Virus record (IMG/VR): IMGVR_UViG_3300036715_000355
Location: 1-37,619 of that record
From: a virus
DNA length: 37,619 bases
Strand: one strand, 5' to 3'
Position numbers and translations under genes: made by a program. The notes below the pieces were generated by a model. The model saw nothing but the letters and a program-made list of their open reading frames with translations. It had not been told where the DNA came from and searched no databases. Positions 6,265 through 14,053 of the stretch are shown here, piece after piece (the stretch's first letter is position 1; each line of letters starts with the position of its first letter).

Positions 6265-6541
6265 ATCCATCGGTAGGGCATCCGTCATCTTCATGTGGCT
6301 TCTAGTGGCCTTTCTGCTCTCTGGCGCTACCGGGACCATGGCCCAGAAGGTTACGTTCTGCACCCTTTTGGCGGTTCTCGTATTCTGGGCGATCTGGCCA
6401 GTGGTAACCGAGCGTTCACTGGACGAAATTATCCATGCCAATCAGCAGGCATCACTCAAGCGATTCCACAGGATGCAGGCTAGGGACCGGAGAGAACGGG
6501 AACATCGGGCTTGGTGGAAGTCGCTGGGGATCGGGAAATGA
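6245..6541 (+). CDS. Hypothetical membrane protein (two predicted TM segments)
   Basis: Hydrophobic stretches VIFMWLLVAFLLSGA and FCTLLAVLVFWAIWPVV, with a basic C-terminus. Confidence 0.55.
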   Translation: MLIKTVRSIGRASVIFMWLLVAFLLSGATGTMAQKVTFCTLLAVLVFWAIWPVVTERSLDEIIHANQQASLKRFHRMQARDRREREHRAWWKSLGIGK

Positions 6542-6876
6542 GCCCTTTGGAACGTGACATTCAGAAGGCCATCCAGGATTATTTCTGGCTTCAGCACCGG
6601 ATTACCCTAGTCGCTACTGATGCAGGAGGCAAGGGGTTCAGGGCTGCGAGCGGTGGTAAGGGCCACTCTGGTATTCCGGCAGGCTTTCCCGACCTTGTAG
6701 GGGTCATCCCGCCAAATGGCAGGGCAATCTACATCGAAGTGAAACGCCCCGGAGCGATAGTCAAGACTGGGAGCCTACAAGATCGGTGGTTACAAAAGTT
6801 GTTCGATGATGGGGCAGTAGCCTTTTGGGCTAATTCGGTAGACATGGCAATTCATGAATTTGAAGTCCAATCTTAA
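6538..6876 (+). CDS. VRR-NUC domain nuclease
   Basis: ATGA overlap at 6538. GFPDLVGV...IYIEVKRPG...Q matches the PD-(D/E)xK VRR-NUC pattern. Confidence 0.7.
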   Translation: MSPLERDIQKAIQDYFWLQHRITLVATDAGGKGFRAASGGKGHSGIPAGFPDLVGVIPPNGRAIYIEVKRPGAIVKTGSLQDRWLQKLFDDGAVAFWANSVDMAIHEFEVQS

Positions 6877-6901
6877 CCCGTATATCTGAGATGGAGATGG
6901 G

Positions 6902-7588
6902 ATGAAACTCACAACCCTTAAACCTTGCGAAGATGCGGCCATTTGGCTTGCAACTCAACCAGACCCAGAAACGGCGTGGAATACTTGTCACCGTTCAGAC
7001 TGGATGATCTGGCTTCTTAAAACCATCATATACGACGACCCCAAAGCATACCGACTGTTTGCCTGCTGGTGTGTCCGTAATACTCCATTGGCCGATGGCC
7101 GCAAGGTTTGGGATCTACTGACCGATCCGCGCAGTAAAAACGCTGTAGAAGTAGCGGAACGATTCGCAGTTGGTGAAGCCACAGAACAAGAGCGGGCTGC
7201 TGCGGCTGCTGCGGCGGGGGCTGCTGCGGATGCTGCGGCGGGGGCTGCGGATGCTGCGGGGGATGCTGCGGGGGCTGCTGCGGATGCTGCGTGGGCTGCT
7301 GCGGGGGCTGATGCGGATGCTGCGTGGGCTGCTGCGGCGGGGGATGCGGATGCTGCGTGGGCTGCTGCGTGGGCTGCTGCGGGGGGGGCTGCGGCTGCTG
7401 CGGCGGCGGCTACGGCGGCTGCTGCGGCGGGGGATGCGGATGCTGCGGGGGCTGCTGCGGATGCTGCTGCGGCTGCTGCGGCTGCTGCGGTGTGGAATGC
7501 TGCTGCGGGGGATGCTCAAACCAATAAGCTACGTGATATGATCCCATTCTCTGCGTTCTCACATTTACTTGGTAACGGCTATGAGTAA
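6902..7588 (+). CDS. Protein with an alpha-helical N-terminal domain and a long Ala/Asp/Trp-rich repeat tract
   Basis: N-terminus has TAWNTCHRSDWMIWLL...FACWCVR...AERFAVGEATEQE, followed by ~105 aa of A-rich repeats (AADAAWAAA...). GGAG SD. Confidence 0.6.
   Translation: MKLTTLKPCEDAAIWLATQPDPETAWNTCHRSDWMIWLLKTIIYDDPKAYRLFACWCVRNTPLADGRKVWDLLTDPRSKNAVEVAERFAVGEATEQERAAAAAAAGAAADAAAGAADAAGDAAGAAADAAWAAAGADADAAWAAAAGDADAAWAAAWAAAGGAAAAAAAATAAAAAGDADAAGAAADAAAAAAAAAVWNAAAGDAQTNKLRDMIPFSAFSHLLGNGYE
7196..7514. repeat. Degenerate short tandem repeat (gctgctgcgg / gatgctgcg units), in frame within the 6902-7588 CDS
   Basis: Seen directly. It leaves all six frames open, which explains several track ORFs here. 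Confidence 0.9.
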
Positions 7589-7757
7589 CGACTTCGACAT
7601 CAAATCCTACGCATTCACAGCCGCAAGTGTAACACTCGTAGCTGATTCCGTGAAAATGCTCCGCAAGTCTGGAACGGCGGTAGAGGTCCAGCTAATGGAG
7701 GAAGCCCTGGGGAACCTGGTGGAAGCTCGGGATTCGATACGCCATAGGCTTGACTAG
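7581..7757 (+). CDS. Hypothetical protein (58 aa)
   Basis: ATG at 7581, overlapping the upstream gene end by 8 nt. Confidence 0.45.
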   Translation: MSNDFDIKSYAFTAASVTLVADSVKMLRKSGTAVEVQLMEEALGNLVEARDSIRHRLD

Positions 7758-7792
7758 GGCGCTGGATAGACCCACAATGAGCCATCGGTATC

Positions 7793-7890
7793 AGACCCGA
7801 TGAAACACAACTCTTCCCCATCCCTGCCATTGTATTGACTGCCCGATAACCGGGGTCTGATCAGTCGATAGTGGCAGGGCCTTTTTAGGT
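7793..7890 (+). promoter_or_regulatory. Structured intergenic region upstream of the helicase-methyltransferase gene
   Basis: tcagaccc (7793-7800) pairs with gggtctga (7854-7861). ccctgcca (7821-7828) pairs with tggcaggg (7872-7879), which is followed by ccttttt. The arms interleave in pseudoknot topology. Confidence 0.3.
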
Positions 7891-7895
7891 GATGT

Positions 7896-10118
7896 ATGGA
7901 CTATTCGCAGTTCCTAGACGGGAAGGCGATCCGCGCCATTCCTACAGGCATCCCAGCGCCAGGGCCAGTGCCTCCCATGTTATTCCCATTCCAGGCCGAT
8001 ATCGCCCGATGGGCGATCAAGCGTGGCCGTGCCGCCATCTTCGCAGACTGTGGGATGGGCAAGACACCGATGCAGCTTGCATGGGCTAATCAGATCCCAG
8101 GCAAGGTGCTAATTCTGGCTCCGCTTGCCGTAGCCCAGCAGACAGTGCGTGAAGGTAAGAAGTTCGGGACTGATCTGACCTATTCACGGTCTGCGTGTGA
8201 CGCACGGATCACCATCACTAATTACGAGATGCTGGACCACTTCAATGCTCATGACTACACTGGCATCGTCCTGGATGAGTCCAGCATCCTGAAGTCCTAC
8301 GATGGCAAGTTCCGTCAGCAGATCATTGAGTCGTTCAAAGACACGCCATTCAAACTGGCCTGCACCGCTACACCTGCCCCAAACGACCACATGGAGCTTG
8401 GGAACCATGCTGAGTTCCTGGGTGTTCTGACCCGCACCGAGATGCTTTCGACCTTCTTTGTGCATGACGGTGGCGACACGGCCAAGTGGCGCATCAAGGG
8501 CCATGCTGAGGATGACTTCTGGAAGTGGCTGGCTTCATGGGCTGTGATGATCCGCAAGCCTTCGGACCTTGGCTATGAGGATGGCAACTTCATCATTCCA
8601 GAACTGATCATGCACCCTCACATCGTGCAGGCTGAACACACCCCAGAGGGGCTTTTGTTCGCTCTGGAAGCCACCACACTCCAGGAACGCCAGCAGGCCC
8701 GCAAGATCACCACGCCGGAGCGTGTGGCCCGTGTTGCGGAGATTGTGGCCACGAAGCCCGATGAACCTTGGCTGATCTTCTGCAACCTGAACACTGAATC
8801 TGAATCTGCGGCATCGGCCATTCCCGGCGCTGTGGAGATTACCGGCTCCGATTCCATGGAAGTTAAGGAATCCAGGATGCTCGGGTTCCAGGATGGATCG
8901 CATCGGGTGGTGGTTTCCAAAGCGTCGATCTGTGGATTTGGGATGAATTTCCAACACTGTCCCAATGTGGTTTTTCTCGGCCTCTCCGACTCATACGAGC
9001 AGTTCTACCAGGCGATCCGCAGGTGCTGGCGTTTTGGGCAGACCAAGCCCGTCCACTGCCATGTCGTGACCTCTGACCTTGAGGGCGCTGTGGTTTCCAA
9101 CATCGAACGCAAAGAGGATGATGCCCAGCGCATGGCCGAAGGGATGGTTTCTCACATGCACCAATTCAATGAGCAGGACATTCGCGGCACAGTCCAAACC
9201 CACGACACTTATCGGACCAATCATGCCTCTGGTAAGGGTTGGGATATGCACCTTGGGGATTGCGTTGATGTGGTCAGCCAGATCCCATCTGACTCCATCG
9301 GCTATTCGATATTCTCCCCTCCGTTCGCAAGCCTCTACACCTACTCCGCATCGGACCGGGACATGGGGAACTGCCGGGATGCTGATGCTTTCTATAAGCA
9401 CTTCCGGTTCCTGACGAAAGAACTGCACCGGGTCATGATGCCGGGTCGGAATCTGAGCTTCCATGTGATGAACCTGCCCTTTTCCAAAGAGCGTGATGGG
9501 TTCATTGGCATCCGGGACTTCCGGGGCGATCTGATCCGCATGTTCCAGGATGAGGGATTCATCTTCCATTCTGAGGTTTGCATCTGGAAGGATCCAGTCA
9601 CGGCGATGCAGCGGACCAAGGCTATTGGCCTTCTGCACAAGCAGATCAAAAAGGACTCGACCATCTCTCGCCAGGGCATCCCTGACTACCTTGTGACGAT
9701 GCGGAAGCGCGGGGCCAACCCTGAGCCTGTGACCCACACTGACGAGACGTTCCCAGTCCAGATGTGGCAGAAGTATGCCAGCCCTGTTTGGATGGATATT
9801 AACCCTTCTGACACTCTCCAACGAGAATCTGCTAGGGAAGAGAAGGACGAGCGCCATATCTGCCCTTTACAGCTTCAAGTGATCCAGCGGGGCCTCGATC
9901 TGTGGTCTAACCCAGGCGATCTGGTTCTCTCCCCATTCGGCGGGATCGCTTCTGAGGGTTTCATGGCAGTGAAGATGGGCCGTAGGTTCGTTGGTGCTGA
10001 GTTGAAGGAATCTTACTGGAAGCAGGGGTGCCGGAACCTAAAGGCGGCTGAGACTGCCAACGAGGGCGGGTTATTCGACCACCACGACTCTTGTGTAACC
10101 CTTGACACAGACCACTAA
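7896..10118 (+). CDS. SNF2/DEAD-like helicase fused to an N6-adenine/N4-cytosine DNA methyltransferase (beta-class order)
   Basis: Helicase motifs: CGMGKT, VLDESS, CTATPAPN, QAIRRCWRFGQ. Methyltransferase motifs: SIFSPPF (motif IV) then DLVLSPFGGIASEG (motif I). Confidence 0.85.
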   Translation: MDYSQFLDGKAIRAIPTGIPAPGPVPPMLFPFQADIARWAIKRGRAAIFADCGMGKTPMQLAWANQIPGKVLILAPLAVAQQTVREGKKFGTDLTYSRSACDARITITNYEMLDHFNAHDYTGIVLDESSILKSYDGKFRQQIIESFKDTPFKLACTATPAPNDHMELGNHAEFLGVLTRTEMLSTFFVHDGGDTAKWRIKGHAEDDFWKWLASWAVMIRKPSDLGYEDGNFIIPELIMHPHIVQAEHTPEGLLFALEATTLQERQQARKITTPERVARVAEIVATKPDEPWLIFCNLNTESESAASAIPGAVEITGSDSMEVKESRMLGFQDGSHRVVVSKASICGFGMNFQHCPNVVFLGLSDSYEQFYQAIRRCWRFGQTKPVHCHVVTSDLEGAVVSNIERKEDDAQRMAEGMVSHMHQFNEQDIRGTVQTHDTYRTNHASGKGWDMHLGDCVDVVSQIPSDSIGYSIFSPPFASLYTYSASDRDMGNCRDADAFYKHFRFLTKELHRVMMPGRNLSFHVMNLPFSKERDGFIGIRDFRGDLIRMFQDEGFIFHSEVCIWKDPVTAMQRTKAIGLLHKQIKKDSTISRQGIPDYLVTMRKRGANPEPVTHTDETFPVQMWQKYASPVWMDINPSDTLQRESAREEKDERHICPLQLQVIQRGLDLWSNPGDLVLSPFGGIASEGFMAVKMGRRFVGAELKESYWKQGCRNLKAAETANEGGLFDHHDSCVTLDTDH

Positions 10119-10250
10119 TAGGCACATACTTATCCATCGGCTGTAGAACGCCGGAATGAATCTTCCTGCAAGACGCTCTGCTAGTTGAACTAGGTGCCCG
10201 AAAGGGGTTCTACCACCCGGTTACTAGCAGGGCCATGCTGAAACCTACCG

Positions 10251-11054
10251 ATGCGAACATGGAACCTGAGATTGAACCTTGATGAGTTGAACGCCTTGGC
10301 TGTGTCCTCGTTCACCGACCAAGAACGAATAGACGCATTCCACGGCCTGGTTTTGGGCTGTAATGCTGGAACACTACCCGAACAGTGTTCGAACGGTGTT
10401 CGAAGGTCGTTCGAGATTGGGCTTAGTTGGAGGCACGAAGCTGAAGGATTTAAAGATCGTAAGGCAAAAGCTGGGAAAGTCAGCGCAGAAACACGGAAAG
10501 CTAAGTTTGGAACAGCACAACCACCGAACAGTGTTCGAACAGACCCCGAACGGTGTCCGAACCAAACCACAAACCACAAACCACAAACCAGCAATCCTGA
10601 AAACAACAAACCAACTGATCCTCAGCCAAAGGCTTCGGCGGCGTGTTTAGAAGTAATTTCCATCTGGAATGAATCTACCCAGGGCAAGCTCCCAAAAGCA
10701 AAACTAATCCCCAAGAGGGAAACAGAAATCAAGGCAAGGCTCAAGGAACCAGGGTGGCTGGATGACTTCAGGGCCTCTTGTTCCTACCTGATAACCCAAC
10801 CATGGGCAACTGGGCAAGGTGACAAGCCGTGGACAGCAACAATTGATTACCTTCTTAGGAAGGGCAAAGCTACAGAGAATGCAGAAAAGTCTAACGCACC
10901 CAAGAATGGAGCCCCCAATGGATCACGAAGCCCACAACACCGAGCTGCGATTGATGCAGCATACATCGACCACCTTAGCGCTAGAACGCCTGCGGAAGAT
11001 GGAGAGGGAAACAAAGACGTGCTCGACTTGTGGGAGAATGCGGCCAAAGGATAA
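10251..11054 (+). CDS. Putative replication initiator/organiser with internal iterons
   Basis: Sits directly upstream of the DnaC-like loader. A low-complexity linker is encoded by the iteron region. No specific family recognised. Confidence 0.4.
   Translation: MRTWNLRLNLDELNALAVSSFTDQERIDAFHGLVLGCNAGTLPEQCSNGVRRSFEIGLSWRHEAEGFKDRKAKAGKVSAETRKAKFGTAQPPNSVRTDPERCPNQTTNHKPQTSNPENNKPTDPQPKASAACLEVISIWNESTQGKLPKAKLIPKRETEIKARLKEPGWLDDFRASCSYLITQPWATGQGDKPWTATIDYLLRKGKATENAEKSNAPKNGAPNGSRSPQHRAAIDAAYIDHLSARTPAEDGEGNKDVLDLWENAAKG
10378..10415. repeat. Iteron cluster 1 (candidate origin)
   Basis: ccgaacagtgttcgaac followed by ggtgttcgaag and gtcgttcgag at 10-11 bp phasing. CGAACAGTGTTCG is a near-palindrome. 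Confidence 0.6.
10524..10562. repeat. Iteron cluster 2 (candidate origin)
   Basis: The 17-mer ccgaacagtgttcgaac is identical to 10378-10394. A variant ccgaacggtgtccgaac lies at 10546-10562. Confidence 0.6.
10564..10590. repeat. Tandem heptamer (aaaccac) x ~3.9, adjacent to the iterons
   Basis: Seen directly. A/C-only strand bias continues to about 10620. Confidence 0.8.
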
Positions 11055-11757
11055 GGATAAATGCGATAACTGCCTTGAGCTGGCAGAAGATCAGAAGCGA
11101 TGGGAGGAAGGCTATACCCAGAAGGTTTTGAACCGGCTAGATGATTACCTAAAGGCTGTGTTTTTAAACAATGGAATGAGCCCGCGTGAAGTTAAGGCCA
11201 CTATGGAAAGAGTGCCGCAGAAGATTAAATCAGCTATCCCCAAAGCCACGCTTGAACAGCTATTCTCCGGGGAGATCCCCTTGAATGGTTTTGGTCTCGG
11301 TGGAACCACGGGAGGGGGTAAGACAATGGCCATAGCTGCCATCCTGAAGGCTTGCGGGGCATCCCAGGCTAAGAACCACAAGGTAAAGCCTCACCACCCT
11401 TTTGGAGGGCCTTTGCGGGGCATGGTGTGGGCATCCTGGCCTGACGAAGTGTCGTGGCTCAGATCAAACGCTATCAGCCCTGATGCTCCAATCCGCGTCA
11501 AAGAATTGGCACAAGCCGAACTTCTGATCCTGGACGATCTTGGGCGCGAAAGGATCAAGGGTAATTACTCTGACGATTGGGCAGCTTCTCAGCTTGATAC
11601 AGTCATCAATCACCGTTACCGGGGAGAATTGCCTACTATATGGACTACCAACGTTACCGAAATGGACCTCGTAAACCTTTACGGTGCCGCCATGCTTCGC
11701 CGGTTAACCGCTGATAACCCACTTATCTGGATTCCTGATCTCAAGGTGATGGGATGA
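10999..11757 (+). CDS. DnaC/IstB-like AAA+ helicase loader (start uncertain; frame open from 10819)
   Basis: Walker A GGTTGGGKT and Walker B LLILDDLGRE. N-terminal CSTCG...CDNC. The chosen ATG at 10999 limits overlap with the upstream gene. Confidence 0.7.
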   Translation: MERETKTCSTCGRMRPKDKDKCDNCLELAEDQKRWEEGYTQKVLNRLDDYLKAVFLNNGMSPREVKATMERVPQKIKSAIPKATLEQLFSGEIPLNGFGLGGTTGGGKTMAIAAILKACGASQAKNHKVKPHHPFGGPLRGMVWASWPDEVSWLRSNAISPDAPIRVKELAQAELLILDDLGRERIKGNYSDDWAASQLDTVINHRYRGELPTIWTTNVTEMDLVNLYGAAMLRRLTADNPLIWIPDLKVMG

Positions 11758-12014
11758 GCCTTTGGGGAGATCCACCAGAAACATGCCAGAAGGAATTCAA
11801 ACATGGTCCATGGGAAGGGATGCCGCCACGCCATGTCTGGAACAGTTCAAACATGTTCCGGCAATGCCAAACGTGTTTATCTTGCGGTTACAAGTGGGAT
11901 GAATTTGATTTTACCTATCGAGCCCACCCAAGCCAACCATCAGAACAGCATGGTATCTGCTGGAACTGCTGGAGAATAGAATTCAACCCAACCAACGCCC
12001 AACAGGGCATCTAG
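11754..12014 (+). CDS. Hypothetical Cys-rich protein (86 aa)
   Basis: ATGA overlap. CQTCLSCG...CWNC. Confidence 0.6.
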   Translation: MSLWGDPPETCQKEFKHGPWEGMPPRHVWNSSNMFRQCQTCLSCGYKWDEFDFTYRAHPSQPSEQHGICWNCWRIEFNPTNAQQGI

Positions 12015-12024
12015 GAGACCCACC

Positions 12025-12336
12025 ATGAACGACATCAAGGCAACCGAACTAACCATCAACGGCATTACATACGTGCCTAAGGGAACCGAAACGTCGGCCA
12101 CCCTCGGCCCCTGCCGAATTATCGTTGCGGATCGTGGCTGGGTATTCGTCGGTAACTGCGAAGATCATGCCGATGGGACCATAACTATCTCGAATGCTCG
12201 TAATATCCGACTTTGGGGGACCACCAAGGGGCTTGGTGAACTGTCGGAAGGCCCCTTGTCTGGCACCAAATACGACAAATACGGAACCGTCCGTTGCCTA
12301 CCCATCGTCCAGATCAGCGTTAATTCGGGGTGGTAA
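12025..12336 (+). CDS. Conserved-looking hypothetical protein (103 aa)
   Basis: GGAGA SD. ORF taken from the track. RIIVADRGWVFVG...IRLWGTTKGLGEL. Confidence 0.6.
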   Translation: MNDIKATELTINGITYVPKGTETSATLGPCRIIVADRGWVFVGNCEDHADGTITISNARNIRLWGTTKGLGELSEGPLSGTKYDKYGTVRCLPIVQISVNSGW

Positions 12337-12337
12337 A

Positions 12338-12571
12338 ATGAAAGCCCTACTGATGGGGAATAACGGCTACGGCGACGGCTACGGCGACGGCTACGGCTAC
12401 GTAGACGGCGACGGCGACGGCGACGGCTACGGCTACGGCTACGGCGACGGCTACGGCGACGGCTACGGCTACGGCGACGGCTACGGCTACGTAGACGGCT
12501 ACGGCGACGGCGACGGCTACGGCTACGGCTACGGCGACGGCTACGGCGACGGCTACGGCGGCGGCTTATGA
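12338..12571 (+). CDS. Gly/Tyr/Asp repeat protein (77 aa, (GYGD)n)
   Basis: ATG at 12338 directly after the TAA of the upstream gene. MKALLMGNNGYGDGYGDGYGYVDGDGDGDGYGYGYGDGYG... ATGA coupling to the next gene. Confidence 0.55.
   Translation: MKALLMGNNGYGDGYGDGYGYVDGDGDGDGYGYGYGDGYGDGYGYGDGYGYVDGYGDGDGYGYGYGDGYGDGYGGGL
12365..12563. repeat. Tandem repeat of ggctac/ggcgac hexamers (12-mer ggctacggcgac), in frame
   Basis: Seen directly. There is a higher-order duplication, with ggctacgtagacggc occurring twice. Confidence 0.9.
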
Positions 12572-12768
12572 CAGTCACTCCCGAATACATGAGAGAACGC
12601 TACTGGCACCTAAAGGGCCTGGGCATCTGCGCCAAGTGTGGCCAGGAAGACCGGATCGAAGGCAGGGCCTACGGTGCCGCGTGTTTAGACCGTAACCGCA
12701 TGCCATCGCAGGTAACCAGGGACCGCAAGAGAGCAGAGGAGAAGAGGAATGAAGATCACATGGACTGA
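12568..12768 (+). CDS. Hypothetical protein (66 aa), CxxC plus basic tail
   Basis: ATGA overlap. ORF taken from the track. Confidence 0.55.
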   Translation: MTVTPEYMRERYWHLKGLGICAKCGQEDRIEGRAYGAACLDRNRMPSQVTRDRKRAEEKRNEDHMD

Positions 12769-12934
12769 TAAGAAGATAACGATTGACGGTGAGGGGCTTG
12801 AAATCCCTTTCTATAATGGTGAGCTTGCCATAAATTGCCCGTGTGTAGAGGATTGCCCGTTTCCAACTGATATAACCAACTTCAACGCTAAGTGGATAGG
12901 TGAACGGCCAGTGCCACCAGAGGAGAATCCATGA
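12749..12934 (+). CDS. Hypothetical protein (61 aa)
   Basis: ORF taken from the track. Overlaps its neighbours in the operon-typical way. Confidence 0.45.
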   Translation: MKITWTDKKITIDGEGLEIPFYNGELAINCPCVEDCPFPTDITNFNAKWIGERPVPPEENP

Positions 12935-13209
12935 GGTGCCCAACATGCGGTAATGAAAATCCTTACGGTAACGGCCAAAATCCCCAGCAAGACTATTTCA
13001 ACCGAATGATGGCCCAACAGCAGAACATGAACCAACTATTGGGCAAGGGGATGCAGGATGCGTATATTCGTTACGGAGGCATGGCCGCCAACATGAACGC
13101 TGGGGAAGGTCGAACATTCGGCAACCCGGCATGTGATGAGCCAGAGCCAGCCTTAAAGCCCACAGCATGGCATCAACTCAAGGCCCTTCTGAAAGTGATG
13201 ATCCCATGA
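12931..13209 (+). CDS. Hypothetical protein (92 aa), N-terminal CPTCG, Q/N/M-rich
   Basis: ATGA overlap. ORF taken from the track. Confidence 0.55.
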   Translation: MRCPTCGNENPYGNGQNPQQDYFNRMMAQQQNMNQLLGKGMQDAYIRYGGMAANMNAGEGRTFGNPACDEPEPALKPTAWHQLKALLKVMIP

Positions 13210-13544
13210 GCGGCATTCCTCAGCCCAAATCCCCCCCGCTACGTAGCCAGAAGATCCTAGACGATGCCAAGACCTGCCCCCGGTGTATGCACTGTGGCCT
13301 AGACAATTGGGATGGCCAGCAGCTTGTGGGGTGCCACCCTCCGGTAAAGATGAACCGTGGGGGAGGCATGGGGCAGAAGGCCCACGACATCACCGCAAAC
13401 CTATGCTGTAGGCCGGGGGGATGCCACGACCGGCTCGACAATCGGACAAGCGTGGTCTTGACGCCCAAGGAGCAAGACGAGATGTATCTTAATGCGATGT
13501 ATTGGACGATGGTCTGGCGAATCCAAGAGGGGGTGCTGAAGTGA
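13206..13544 (+). CDS. YbcO/DUF1364-like protein (putative Zn-dependent nuclease)
   Basis: ATGA overlap at 13206. CPRCMHCG...GCHPP...KAHD...CCRPGGCHDRLD...WRIQEGVLK parallels E. coli YbcO as I recall it. Confidence 0.55.
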   Translation: MSGIPQPKSPPLRSQKILDDAKTCPRCMHCGLDNWDGQQLVGCHPPVKMNRGGGMGQKAHDITANLCCRPGGCHDRLDNRTSVVLTPKEQDEMYLNAMYWTMVWRIQEGVLK

Positions 13545-14008
13545 AAACCTTCATCATCCGAGAGCCAACCCATCTAGGAACCTGTATTGCCTACATTACG
13601 GGCCATTGGTCTAATGCGGCATCATCCGGGAAGCCCATACAGGTGGTTGTGGAGCCGGAGAAGAAGAAAAGATCTCTATCGGCCAATGCTCGTTACTGGG
13701 CGGGTCCGCTGAAAGACATTGAACGTGATGCCATGTATGAGGGCCAGCATTACAAGGCAGAGGTCTGGCACGAACACGCAAGCGAACTGTTCCTACCCGA
13801 TGAGGCAGACTTTGACTTTGATCCTGAACACGTTACCAACCCGGATACCTACCGGAAATGGGACTACCCGCCCATGCTCAAGCACCGGAGGCTTATCGGC
13901 AGCACAACCCAGCTAACTCCAAAGGGTTTCACATTCTACCTGTCACGGGTTGAACCATACTTTGCACACCCTCCGTTCAATGTCACGTTCACTGAACCTG
14001 AACCATGA
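13541..14008 (+). CDS. NinB/Orf-like recombination mediator
   Basis: GTGA overlap at 13541. KKRSLSANARYWA...STTQLTPKGFTFYL parallels lambda NinB (RSLDQNRKLWA...STSRM..EF). Confidence 0.5.
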   Translation: MKTFIIREPTHLGTCIAYITGHWSNAASSGKPIQVVVEPEKKKRSLSANARYWAGPLKDIERDAMYEGQHYKAEVWHEHASELFLPDEADFDFDPEHVTNPDTYRKWDYPPMLKHRRLIGSTTQLTPKGFTFYLSRVEPYFAHPPFNVTFTEPEP

Positions 14009-14053
14009 GAACCCCTTGCACCACAACGATTCCAGCGTATAATTAACAGTGAG

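Noticed and set aside
7196-7514. Possible CRISPR array or other non-coding repeat locus (12365-12563 was considered in the same way)
   Set aside because: The repeat units are only 6-12 nt with no unique spacers. They are in frame within ORFs and no cas genes are present.
7115-7541. Alternative-frame ORFs across the Ala-rich repeat: RSS-rich on the minus strand, LLR-rich and Cys/Gly-rich on the plus strand
   Set aside because: The tandem repeat lacks stop codons in every frame. Only the Ala-rich frame is continuous with a normal N-terminal domain and an SD.
8991-9857. 288-aa minus-strand ORF. The shorter ORFs 8184-8504, 8535-8957 and 8618-8965 fall in the same category.
   Set aside because: They are shadow ORFs inside the helicase-methyltransferase gene, whose motifs are all in the plus frame.
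10819-10998. Long N-terminal extension of the DnaC-like ORF (track start 10819)
   Set aside because: It would overlap the upstream gene by 236 nt. The extension is low-information sequence, and an internal ATG at 10999 precedes the conserved part. The exact start remains uncertain.
12165-12590. 141-aa Arg/Ser-rich minus-strand ORF
   Set aside because: It is a shadow frame of the GYGD hexamer array. The plus frame has start and stop coupling to both neighbours.
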